A stretch of DNA of 64,000 nt from Octopus vulgaris (taxonomy: Eukaryota): positions 47,368,001-47,432,000 of the forward strand of contig OX597820.1 of assembly GCA_951406725.2 (NCBI GenBank), given 5' to 3'. Below the pieces are notes generated by a model. It saw nothing but the letters and a program-made list of their open reading frames with translations. It made no database searches and was not told where the DNA came from. Below, piece after piece: positions 12,421-23,397 of this stretch. The translations under genes and the position numbers were made by a program. Positions within the stretch are counted from its first letter, which is position 1. Each line of letters begins with the position of its first letter.

Positions 12421-13405
12421 CACTGGAAATATCGTGGCTTACGCCCCTCAACAAAAATATTTAGAACTTCTTCCCCTACTTCCCCGATTTCTGGGAGCTG
12501 TTCTAAAATTTTTTGGTCACCCTGCAGTATGAGGTTAAGCGTTTGTCCAGTCCAATAGGTATTTTCTGTGACTGTAGCCTGCAGGAGGTTAATATTATCT
12601 ACCTTTTTGCCAGGACTGCCGCCATCAAGCTCATAGGGTTTATTCCGGGCGGAATTCTTGGTATTCTCACTTTTGATGTTCTCATTCCCATGTAAATTGA
12701 GATTAACATTGTGTCTTCCGACTCAAAAGATTTTATAGAGTGTTTTTGTGCCGTTTCTGCATTCTTGAACCTCACCACGATGGTTTCAAACTTCTTTCCT
12801 CTGGCTAGATATGTAATGTCCTGCCAGATGGGTCTTCAATTTTTTGCTCACATATTTTATCAATTTTACAAGCTTCTAAGCAGAATGTCTTAAAAATAAT
12901 AATTTTCTTTTTTTCCTCTGTTAATTCTTCTTCTGGTATTTCCACTTTTACTATTCAATCTCGTTCTGTTATCATATCTTTATAGTTTAATAATTCTTTT
13001 ATGTCAGTTGACAGCTGTCGCGTTCCACCACTAGCCGCTAACGCAAAAAGTTTCTTTCTTTATTTTGGATGGTCCTTTCTTCGGTCTTTCTTTTCGTGTT
13101 CGTAACTCTTGGTAATGCCGGAAATTCGCTTTCCGACACATCAGAAACATTATAAAAAATTAAGCTTTCTATTTTCTTTGCTTCTCGCTCAATCGATGAT
13201 TCGTCCCCCGACGAAGACGAACTTTTCGGCATCTTGCCAGCAATTAATATTTTCCCCCACAGGGGAAACCCCAGATAGCTTTCGAAAGAAAGAAAACTAT
13301 ACTACAACAATTTTTTTCAACAGTAAGTCCAACAATAGGCACAACAAGAGATATAACAATTAACAGAAACTTACGAACACACTCCAACAATAAATTTTCA
13401 GTAAC
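12421..13405 (-). mobile_element. 5' UTR and ORF1 (gag-like) of the same Tx1-like LINE
   Basis: ORF 13038..13232 plus downstream frames ending ...VEGRKPRYFQCG (start of a decayed zinc knuckle); contiguous with the RT block; homologous to 5620-6295. Confidence 0.6.
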
Positions 13406-13470
13406 ACACGGACGAAATACCGCTAAGCATTTCGCCCGGCGTGCTAACGATTCTGCCAGCTCGCCGCCCT
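13406..13470 (-). mobile_element. Head of SINE family B (ggcggcgagctggcagaa...), truncated by the LINE
   Basis: Matches heads at 33160-33212, 43660-43720 and 56470-56510. Confidence 0.8.
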
Positions 13471-14407
13471 AAAAGTTGTAATGTTATCAGTTCGAGTCTG
13501 CTTGGCACAAAGTCAGCAGTGTGTGGAGGTGAGGGAGTCGATTACATCAACCCAAGTGCTTAACTGGTACTTTATTCATCGATCTCGAAAAGATGACCGC
13601 AGTAGAAGGAATTTGAAGAAGTGCCGCAAAGCATCTTCCCAACGCTCTAACGATTCTGCCAGCCTAGAAAGAAGAGAGCAAAAGTTAACTTGGACGGGAT
13701 TTGAGCTCAAGACAAAACTCCGGAAGAAATACTGCCGAGCATTTCGTCCAGTACTTCATTGATACTATCAATCCATTAATAATTAATTCGTTTATTGGCC
13801 ACAAGGGCTACAATAATAATAGTTTTAATTCTTCGTACTCCTCTCCCCTTCTCTCATCATTAAGCAAGAAGGGTCAAGTGTCCGCCAGTTCATGATGATG
13901 ATGATGATGATGATAGTGGTTGTGGTGATGATGACAATAGTAGCATGAGGATAGTAGTGGTCGTGGGACGATGATGGTGATGATGATCCTGCCAAGGATG
14001 TTCTGTGCAATCACGTGACATCTCACCCGTCCTTTTTTAAGTGACAGCATCCCTTATCTTTTCTTTTATCTCAAACCTTCCACCTGTTGTCACTTGACCT
14101 TTCGCCCAGTTTTGGTCCCCCTTCCATCATCCATCCACGTGACCCATCAGCCATTGTGTTTCTCGAACCAATTTGGTGGGCGCTGTGAGATCGCTCACCA
14201 TACTAGAAATAACAGCCAAATATCCCTCAAATCACTGTTGTCTTCTTACAAAAGAGTACTAGATACACTGCTAGAAATATAAACAAGATGGTCACAAAAG
14301 CAACGTCTTCAACCATATGTCTCTTTGGCTAAAAAATAGTTGCAACAATACCTATGAACATTTCCTATGAGCATTTTGCGATATATAGGTGTGTGTGTGT
14401 GTGTGTG

Positions 14408-14535
14408 AAGGTGCGTGGCCTAGTGGTTATGGCGTTGCATTCACGATCCCTAGATCGCGGGTTCGACTCTCCAGACGAGGCAGCACGTTATGTTCTTGAG
14501 GAAAACATTTCATTTCACCTTGCTCAGCTGTAAAT
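14408..14535 (+). mobile_element. tRNA-headed CORE-type SINE fragment
   Basis: A box tggcctagtgg, B box ggttcgactc, then gttcttgaggaaaacattt CORE-like segment. Confidence 0.7.
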
Positions 14536-14572
14536 ATCCTCCTGAACCTACAAAAGAGATGAGTAGTACCAA

Positions 14573-15914
14573 ATTACCATTCCTAAATAGAATGGCAATT
14601 AAAAAGGACCATTACCATAGATGTATACCACAAACACACGGACGCACATCAATGCCTGAATTTTAAGTCATGCTATCCACCACATACAAAACGCAACATT
14701 CCATACTTTGTACTCTACTTATAGAAAATGGCATACAGCGAGCTACAAAAATACCCATACAACAACTGAGAACAACCGAAAGAAGAGGATAACTGGAACA
14801 GGTCATACCATTTATAGTGACATACAACCCATGTCACCAGAATATCTTCAACATTGCCAAAGCAAACCTACCAACCATTGCTCAAATGAATTAAAAGATA
14901 TAATCACAGATCGAACTATGGTCCTTATTAAAACTTCAAAAAAATTATTAAAAGGCAAAGTTTGACCTTAGCAAAAGAAGACCAATCATTCACAGTATCT
15001 AAATGCAGTGATAGCCGGTGTGGCACGCGTGCCAATTCATTCATACCGGCCAATATAGGAACACAAAAGCAGGGAAAATATTCAAAAGCAAATATTTAAT
15101 TTACTGCATCAAATATTCACAAAAGTAAAAATTTTACTTACTGCACCAAATGCCTAAATTGTGAAGAACTCTATATGGACAGACTGAAAATGCACTATCA
15201 GAACGTTCTCGTTGCACCGACACAAATTAGAGACCCAGATGTCCGTCAGATACCTTTGAGTAATCATCTAGCTAAATGCAGACGGAAAATATATTTTCAT
15301 TCTACAAACTATACAGTCCAAGTGAAATTGAGAGAAAAATCAGAGAAAAGAACTTTATTAATAAATTCCAACCCAAGCTAAATAAACAATAATAATAATA
15401 ATACTTAGAGGTACTCTTTCTACTGCTACGACCACTAACAACACTAAAGGTGCTCATTATGATGACAGCATGAAAATACCAGCTAAAAGTCAGTAAAAAT
15501 AATCTTATTTTCGGGTTTAAAGTTCTATTACTACAGCTACTCCTACCGCCACCAACTGCGACAACAATAATAAAGGAGATGATAATGATGATGACGATAA
15601 TTGAAATATAAAAATCCCTGGGAAATACTATTTACAACATTTCTAAAAATAGACCAACAATTACTGCTTTGGCCAGGGTCAAAACACAGGTCTCTTGACA
15701 TGTTCAACAAACCGTGACGCCTAAACTAAACAATCAAATTAAATAAATTAGTAAAATCACACACTGATTGGTCAGAATACAGTTTGCTAAATTTAACATT
15801 CTGGAACACAGCTTATCCACTGACTACAGTTAGAAATTGTAAAACATAACTGTCACCACAACTATATGAGTCTGAAGATTGCATAGTTTAATGCATGAAA
15901 GTACTAGTTCAATC

Positions 15915-15916
<2 letters not shown>
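14573..15916 (+). mobile_element. Penelope-like element remnant (RT thumb, GIY-YIG endonuclease, 3' region with hammerhead)
   Basis: Frameshifted LPFL..., DVYHKHTDAHQCLNFKSCYPPHTKRNIPY, KCSDSRCGT, YCTKCLNCEELY(I)GQT match the PLE RT C-terminus, Cys linker and GIY-YIG motifs. Confidence 0.8.
15867..15911 (+). ncRNA. Minimal type I hammerhead ribozyme
   Basis: tgagt-CTGAAGA-t-tgcat-agttta-atgca-t-GAAA-gtac-TA-gttca: core boxes intact, stem I with two G.U pairs, palindromic stem III. Confidence 0.7.
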
Positions 15917-15960
<44 letters not shown>

Positions 15961-15962
<2 letters not shown>

Positions 15963-16313
15963 TTTCATTTGTTTCAGTCATTTGACTGCGGCCATGTTGG
16001 AGCACCGCCTTTTGTCGAACAAACCGACTCCAGGACTTATTCTTTGTAAGCCTAGTACCTACTCTGTCGGTCACTTTTGCCGAACCACTAACTTACGGGA
16101 GAGTAAACACACCAACATCGGTTGTCAAGAGATGGTGGGGGTACAAACACAGACACACAAACATATATGACGGGCTTCTTTCAGTTTCCGTCTACGAAAT
16201 CCACTCACAATGCTTTGGTCGGCCTGAGGTTATAGTAGAAGACACTTGCCCAAGGTACCACACAGTGGGACTGAACACGGAACCATGTGGTTGGTAAGCA
16301 ATCTACTTACCAC
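15961..16313 (-). mobile_element. SINE family A, nearly full length
   Basis: Colinear with 43052-43490; CORE-like ccttgggcaagtgtcttctac; tail ggcggtgctcc...ctgaaacaa. Confidence 0.9.
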
Positions 16314-16319
16314 AGAGGC

Positions 16320-18233
16320 TCAGCGCTTTCAGATATTGTCGATAAATAAGACTTTTAACCGAAGGTATTTTACCAGTGAACGTTCCTTGTAACCCTTCAA
16401 TTTCTTCTATGAGACCGGATGAGTTAGAATATTAAAATTGTAAGCAGTAATATAAACTGTTCAGAACTAGGGTTTTCCCTAAATATAAAATTAACTACCG
16501 GTTCCCTTGTCATGAATGTTCGCAGGATGCAGCCTATCAGTTTGCTGCATAAAGAAGTCGTTAGTGCCCTGAATCATTATGTTAACGTGTGTCAAATATT
16601 GCGATTTGGGTGAATTCGTTTGTAATGAAGAAGCTGAAATTTTGAAGTACTAATTTTCATATTTTTTCTGGTTTAGCTCCTAGCCATCGATATTTTTGTG
16701 TAATTCGTTCCCTGATGTGTACGACGTATTACAGGTAACTTAGAGAGAAATCTATTTGCAGTAATAGGTTGACCCCTACCGTATAGGGAGTTAAAGAACC
16801 ATTCTCCGACGTTTCCTGTGATACCAAGATTTCTTAAATTATGATAGATGATTCCATGATCAGTCTTGTCAAACGCCTTAACAATATCAAGGTCCTCTTA
16901 AGAGATTATTAGAGGTAGTGTTATGATGCTGTAAGCAATGGGACAGGCAACTTGTTTTCGGACAAGGCATTGGATAATTTTAGACGTGTAAGACGTGAGG
17001 GAAACAGGTCTGTAATTTTTAGCTTCAGCGCTGCTACCTCCTTTGTACCTATATAGATTTTATTATAGCTTCTTTCAATAGTCTCGGGAATATGAAGGTA
17101 TCTGGCGACTTTTGAAATAGTACCTTTAATGATTTCACGAGGCGGTTTTTGCACGTTTTTTAGCAATATAACTAGAATACTATCTGGTACAGATGCTGAG
17201 TTTGAGTCTAAATCATTAATAGCCGCAAGTATATCAACTTCCATGATATTAATTTTAAGTTGAGTCTCTGGACTTGAGTTGTGGAATCAAAGAATTCGTT
17301 TGGATTATGCACGGGGCTGCGATACGGACGGAGAATACAGCCTTCCGCCTGTTGAAACGAAAGTGTCGGGGATAGAGTTTGCGATCATGTCCACGAAGAC
17401 CTCTATCCGGCGCTGGGGTGAAAATCTCCGCAAATGGTAAGTTTATATGTCCGTTGAAGATGTTGAAAGCCGGATGAGATCTCCCTGCATCCTCCGTCGT
17501 TCGAGTGAAGGCAATGCCAGCAGTTGGGGATGTTCCTCTTACGCAAGCTTAGACAAGCCCGCGCCCATTCGGGTTGCCAAGTGTTGAACCCGTTCCAGGT
17601 GTTGAATGTCTTTCTGGAGATATGAGTTTGAGGTATGGATGCAATATTCGAGGATGGGTCGAACTAGAGTAATGTATACAGGCTAAAATACGTCCATTTG
17701 AAGGGATCGGTGGATGAGGAAAAGATTCCTTCTGGCTTTGCGAAATACAAAGATACCACGCCCACCAAGTCTTTTTCAGCCATGGTCCTTGTAATCCATT
17801 CTTCAAGGAGAAGATTTGTTAGGCAAGATCTTCGGGGTAGAAATCCATGCTGCGAGTCGGATATATCTTTGTACCATACACAGATAATTGTATAATGCTT
17901 TGGTTGGAAATAGCTGTGGGAATGAATTGAACATTGTGAATAAAGACAAAGTCGAGTATGTTATTTTCCCCTAATTGGACGGGTAATGATGTATGGGAAA
18001 GTATTTTGTTGTATCGAGGAAAGCGTTCGTATCCCTCCACTTCAGTTGCTTAGCTCCAGGCTGGATATAATCCTCGGACCAGCTAAGATAAATAAAATTA
18101 AAGACCCGTGTTAAAAGCATATTAGCCCGTATGCTGGCCTCAGCTAGGGTTAGACTTATGAGCGAAAAAAGCACCTCTTCGTGGTTAACCGCGTCGGATG
18201 ACGGTAGGTAATGCTTTTAATATCATTTCCTTT
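16320..18233 (-). mobile_element. Old CR1/L2-group LINE ORF2 (APE endonuclease to RT), heavily decayed, with an unrelated insert at ~17320-17810
   Basis: DILAAINDLDSNSASVPDSI..ILLK, KGGSSAEAKNYRPVSL, KAFDKTDHGI, NILDFVF motifs. Confidence 0.75.
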
Positions 18234-18600
18234 GGATCTTTTCTTTTTGAAAGCCAGATTTTCCTAGTTAACTAAACAATTTGAAACTTCGTATACTGGT
18301 AGAATGTGTCAAAAGAAAACATAATTGTAAACCAAAATGAAAACGGAATTGTAATTTCTAAGTTTAACGTTGTTTAATTTCGAATTTTAACCAATGATAT
18401 TCTTTCTTTCGGCCTCATATTATTTACTGCCTCTCAAAATATTGTTACTGTGACGCAAACAGTTATTTTGTGACGTAGTTTACGTAAACATGTAAATAGC
18501 TAACTAAAATGTAAACATCTCCGCTTATCATAAACTTCGTGGAGTATATATAAAATTTGTGTAGATCCTAAATAGCTACACACACATGTATACAAACATA

Positions 18601-18665
<65 letters not shown>

Positions 18666-19930
18666 CTATACACACATATTCTAATGCATATGCATATATG
18701 TGTATATATTTATAATGTGTGTGTATTATAGATGCATACATTATATATATATATAAAAGATGTTTACATACAATATATATATGTTATATACATCTACATG
18801 TATATGTATGCATGAATATATAAGAACAACAGAATTTGAATCAAACTGTTTTGATCCATACATACACACACACACACACACAACACTACCATCCATGAGA
18901 CATCCTAACATAATCAATGCTACTACTACTACTATCATCATCATCATCATCATCATCCACTGCCGCCACCACCACCACCACCACCACCACCACCTCTACA
19001 AAAACACCAACACTATAATTGCTGCTATCATACACATCCACTGTCACCACTACCACCACTACCATGATAACCACATCTACCACAGCTGTTTGCTTACTGC
19101 TTACCCACTCACAAAATAGCTATCTACGTCACATTAACACTATGCAGCTAATAATTTCAAATGAAAACAGACAATATGATTGGCTAAGGATAGAATAAGT
19201 ACTGGGCTTACAAAAAGAATAAGTCCCCTAGGGGTCGAGTTGCTCGATTAAAGGCGATGCTCCAGCATGGCCGCGGTCAAGAGTAACATTAAAAGTAAAA
19301 TATGTTTTATATGACACATTAGGGTTAGGGTTAGTGTCCGAAGGTTGAAAGTGTTTAGTTACAAAAAATATATTTCTCGATCTGCCGTTGAAAGGGTAAA
19401 GATCCCTTATATTATTTATTTAAACCCTTTACAAACTAGAAGGGTTATGGGTCAAGAGGAAAATACATCAATCAAATGTTGGGAAGGCCATCGGTTGAAT
19501 AAAACAACATTGTTCCTCAACAGAACAATAAGGCTCAATAGTTAGGGGGAAATTTACCCATTCAGTTTCAAAACTCAGGTGGAGCCAAAAGAGGTACACA
19601 TACATACGTATACACACACACACATACATACATACATACATATATCCAGACAACTTCAGCTTTATATATATATATATATATATAATATTAATTAAGGGTA
19701 GAAATTGATATTTATCAATTAAGACCAGTGGTCTAGCATATTAAAAAAGAATCCGAAGATTAAAATATTTATATATACCAATTAAGGACTGAACACGAAA
19801 AGTGGACAGTCAACATGCTAGATATAGACGTCAAATCGTCATTCTCCACAAAAGATTATGTTCTCAGATCAAACTCAACACAAAACCATAGCAATAAACA
19901 AGTGAAAAATATACGAAATAAAATAATTAC

Positions 19931-19995
19931 CCATGTACTAACTTAGTTTCAGCTGTTATTTTCCGCAAGGAAAACTGCAGCCATCATCAGCATGG
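19931..19995 (-). ncRNA. Type I hammerhead ribozyme, array unit 1
   Basis: Minus strand: ccatg-CTGATGA-t-ggctg-ca-gttttcc-ttgc-ggaaaat-aa-cagct-GAAA-ctaagttag-TA-catgg; GUA cleavage triplet. Confidence 0.9.
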
Positions 19996-20435
19996 TCCGT
20001 TATAAATGTAATTTGCTGGACTAAATGCAAACACGATACCGAAATATCGCGTGCATGGAGTTCAGCCTATTACATTTGAATATATCTTTCAAATGCCTTT
20101 ACTTTGGCGCGTTGAGACCCGAGAAAACTAGCCTGCAGCTAATAATTAGCAGCAGTTAATTTATCGGTTAGAGAACATTTATTTATATAAAATTAATTAA
20201 GGGTAGAAATTGATATTTATCAATTAAGACCAGTGGTCTAGCATATTAAAAAAGAATCCGAAGATTAAAATATTTATATATACCAATTAAGGACTGAACA
20301 CGAAAAGTGGACAGTCAACATGCTAGATATAGACGTCAAATCGTCATTCTCCACAAAAGATTATGTTCTCAGATCAAACTCAACACAAAACCATAGCAAT
20401 AAACAAGTGAAAAATATACGAAATAAAATAATTAC

Positions 20436-20500
20436 CCATGTACTAACTTAGTTTCAGCTGTTATTTTCCGCAAGGAAAACTGCAGCCATCATCAGCATGG
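20436..20500 (-). ncRNA. Type I hammerhead ribozyme, array unit 2
   Basis: Identical to 19931-19995. Confidence 0.9.
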
Positions 20501-20940
20501 TCCGTTATAAATGTAATTTGCTGGACTAAATGCAAACACGATACCGAAATATCGCGTGCATGGAGTTCAGCCTATTACATTTGAATATATCTTTCAAATG
20601 CCTTTACTTTGGCGCGTTGAGACCCGAGAAAACTAGCCTGCAGCTAATAATTAGCAGCAGTTAATTTATCGGTTAGAGAACATTTATTTATATAAAATTA
20701 ATTAAGGGTAGAAATTGATATTTATCAATTAAGACCAGTGGTCTAGCATATTAAAAAAGAATCCGAAGATTAAAATATTTATATATACCAATTAAGGACT
20801 GAACACGAAAAGTGGACAGTCAACATGCTAGATATAGACGTCAAATCGTCGTTCTCCACAAAAGATTATGTTCTCAGATCAAACTCAACACAAAACCATA
20901 GCAATAAACAAGTGAAAAATATACGAAATAAAATAATTAC

Positions 20941-21005
20941 CCATGTACTAACTTAGTTTCAGCTGTTATTTTCCGCAAGGAAAACTGCAGCCATCATCAG
21001 CATGG
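20941..21005 (-). ncRNA. Type I hammerhead ribozyme, array unit 3
   Basis: Identical to 19931-19995. Confidence 0.9.
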
Positions 21006-21445
21006 TCCGTTATAAATGTAATTTGCTGGACTAAATGCAAACACGATACCGAAATATCGCGTGCATGGAGTTCAGCCTATTACATTTGAATATATCTTTC
21101 AAATGCCTTTACTTTGGCGCGTTGAGACCCGAGAAAACTAGCCTGCAGCTAATAATTAGCAGCAGTTAATTTATCGGTTAGAGAACATTTATTTATATAA
21201 AATTAATTAAGGGTAGAAATTGATATTTATCAATTAAGACCAGTGGTCTAGCATATTAAAAAAGAATCCGAAGATTAAAATATTTATATATACCAATTAA
21301 GGACTGAACACGAAAAGTGGACAGTCAACATGCTAGATATAGACGTCAAATCGTCATTCTCCACAAAAGATTATGTTCTCAGATCAAACTCAACACAAAA
21401 CCATAGCAATAAACAAGTGAAAAATATACGAAATAAAATAATTAC

Positions 21446-21510
21446 CCATGTACTAACTTAGTTTCAGCTGTTATTTTCCGCAAGGAAAACTGCAGCCATC
21501 ATCAGCATGG
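21446..21510 (-). ncRNA. Type I hammerhead ribozyme, array unit 4
   Basis: Identical to 19931-19995. Confidence 0.9.
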
Positions 21511-21950
21511 TCCGTTATAAATGTAATTTGCTGGACTAAATGCAAACACGATACCGAAATATCGCGTGCATGGAGTTCAGCCTATTACATTTGAATATAT
21601 CTTTCAAATGCCTTTACTTTGGCGCGTTGAGACCCGAGAAAACTAGCCTGCAGCTAATAATTAGCAGCAGTTAATTTATCGGTTAGAGAACATTTATTTA
21701 TATAAAATTAATTAAGGGTAGAAATTGATATTTATCAATTAAGACCAGTGGTCTAGCATATTAAAAAAGAATCCGAAGATTAAAATATTTATATATACCG
21801 ATTAAGGACTGAACACGAAAAGTGGACAGTCAACATGCTAGATATAGACGTCAAATCGTCATTCTCCACAAAAGATTATGTTCTCAGATCAAACTCAACA
21901 CAAAACCATAGCAATAAACAAGTGAAAAATATACGAAATAAAATAATTAC

Positions 21951-22015
21951 CCATGTACTAACTTAGTTTCAGCTGTTATTTTCCGCAAGGAAAACTGCAG
22001 CCATCACCAGCATGG
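21951..22015 (-). ncRNA. Hammerhead, array unit 5, with core substitution CUGAUGA>CUGGUGA
   Basis: Plus strand reads ccatcaccag instead of ccatcatcag (position 22007). Confidence 0.8.
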
Positions 22016-22121
22016 TCCGTTATAAATGTAATTTGCTGGACTAAATGCAAACACGATACCGAAATATCGCGTGCATGGAGTTCAGCCTATTACATTTGAA
22101 TATATCTTTCAAATTATCTTT

Positions 22122-22202
22122 CATAATCTTTTGTGGAGAATGACGATTTGACGTCTATATCTAGCATGTTGACTGTCCACTTTTCGTGTTCAGTCCTTAA
22201 TT

Positions 22203-22212
<10 letters not shown>
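22122..22212 (+). repeat. Inverted partial copy of the 505-bp unit
   Basis: Exact reverse complement of ~19770-19860, running into (TA)n. Confidence 0.95.
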
Positions 22213-22236
<24 letters not shown>

Positions 22237-22237
<1 letters not shown>

Positions 22238-23084
22238 TTAGCAGAATTGCCCGGCGTTGCTCGGGGCTGAATCGCTTGAAAGTACTGTTAATGATTGCAC
22301 TGAATTATGATGATTATTCAGGCAAATATTGATATAAGTTTACGGTGGGAGATAAGGACTTAACGATCAAACGTGTGCCATTGCATTGTTTTGGGGGAAC
22401 CAAATTTCTGATGAGCATTATAGGGGCACCAACTTTAAGTTTGAGAAAGTGTGGTGGTAGTCCGGGGTACTCAAAGGAATTGAGTACCTCTATTGGATAG
22501 TTGATGACGTCCTTTGGGTCAGGAGTTGTATCGATAGACTGATATACATAGACTTCACCAGGAATGAGTTTTAGCATTTCATCATTAATATGGTGAACAG
22601 TTTTATTCCTCGGGGCCAGTATAGCCTTTTTGCCAATCCAATCCATATTCTGATAATTAGCTTGTAGATCTGGGAACACTGCATCTCTGAGATCAGGAGG
22701 CGTCTTAACAATGGTACAAATGGAATCGATGGCAATATTACCATTTTCATACCCTGGTATTTTGCCTTCGCCAAGTGCAAGGAGGGTGTGAGGAAATGCT
22801 GCTGATGTGATATTACGTCGCATATGAGCACGCATATTGGTGTGAAGTTTGAGTGTTACTTCCCTTTATTTAAAAAAATATGCATTAAAATGCAAAAAAA
22901 TGATGGTAAATTATTTTTAAAATCGTAGACTCATCATAGACGCGCGCTAATACCCAGAAGGGCTCGATATGAATCACGACTATAAGATACCCGGTTTTGG
23001 TTAAACTGCATCGCAAAATGTGGGAGTAGTTAGGAATCTAAATCGTAGGGGACAGACACACAACTTCACTTTTAAATATAAAGA
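22237..23084 (-). mobile_element. Internally deleted Helitron retaining a Pif1-family helicase fragment
   Basis: 5' TC end shared with 26998-27393; 3' hairpin cccgagcaacgccggg plus CTAAG; contains ORF 22314..22835. Confidence 0.9.
22314..22835 (-). pseudogene. Helitron RepHel Pif1-like helicase fragment (173 aa, uninterrupted)
   Basis: KAILAPRN, YPIEVLNS, GLPPHFLKLKVGAPIMLIRNL, CNGTRLIV are Helitron Pif1 helicase motifs; no Rep domain or Walker A. Confidence 0.9.
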
Positions 23085-23126
23085 TATATATATATATATA
23101 TATACACACATACACATATATATACA

Positions 23127-23215
<89 letters not shown>

Positions 23216-23223
23216 TATATACA

Positions 23224-23270
<47 letters not shown>

Positions 23271-23337
23271 GAGGGAATATTATACATAACTTACAGGGAA
23301 AAATTCAATTTAGAAATACTAATTCAAATTTCACGAA

Positions 23338-23397
<60 letters not shown>

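Larger units (their letters stand above)
19687..22114 (-). repeat. Tandem array of ~4.8 x 505-bp hammerhead-containing units (retrozyme/pLTR-like)
   Basis: Anchor gggtagaaattg recurs at 19696, 20201, 20706, 21211, 21716 (period 505); I see only three substitutions among units (20851, 21800, 22007). Confidence 0.95.

Noticed and set aside
19319-19334. ttagggttagggttag telomere-like motif
   Set aside because: Under three units, inside a transposon-end-like segment; not an interstitial telomere.
19687-22114. CRISPR array or plain satellite interpretation of the 505-bp repeat
   Set aside because: Units are identical along their whole length with no spacers or cas genes; the ribozyme and inverted cap argue against a simple satellite.
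22314-22835. Host PIF1 gene exon
   Set aside because: Bounded by Helitron termini, with Helitron-type helicase motifs.
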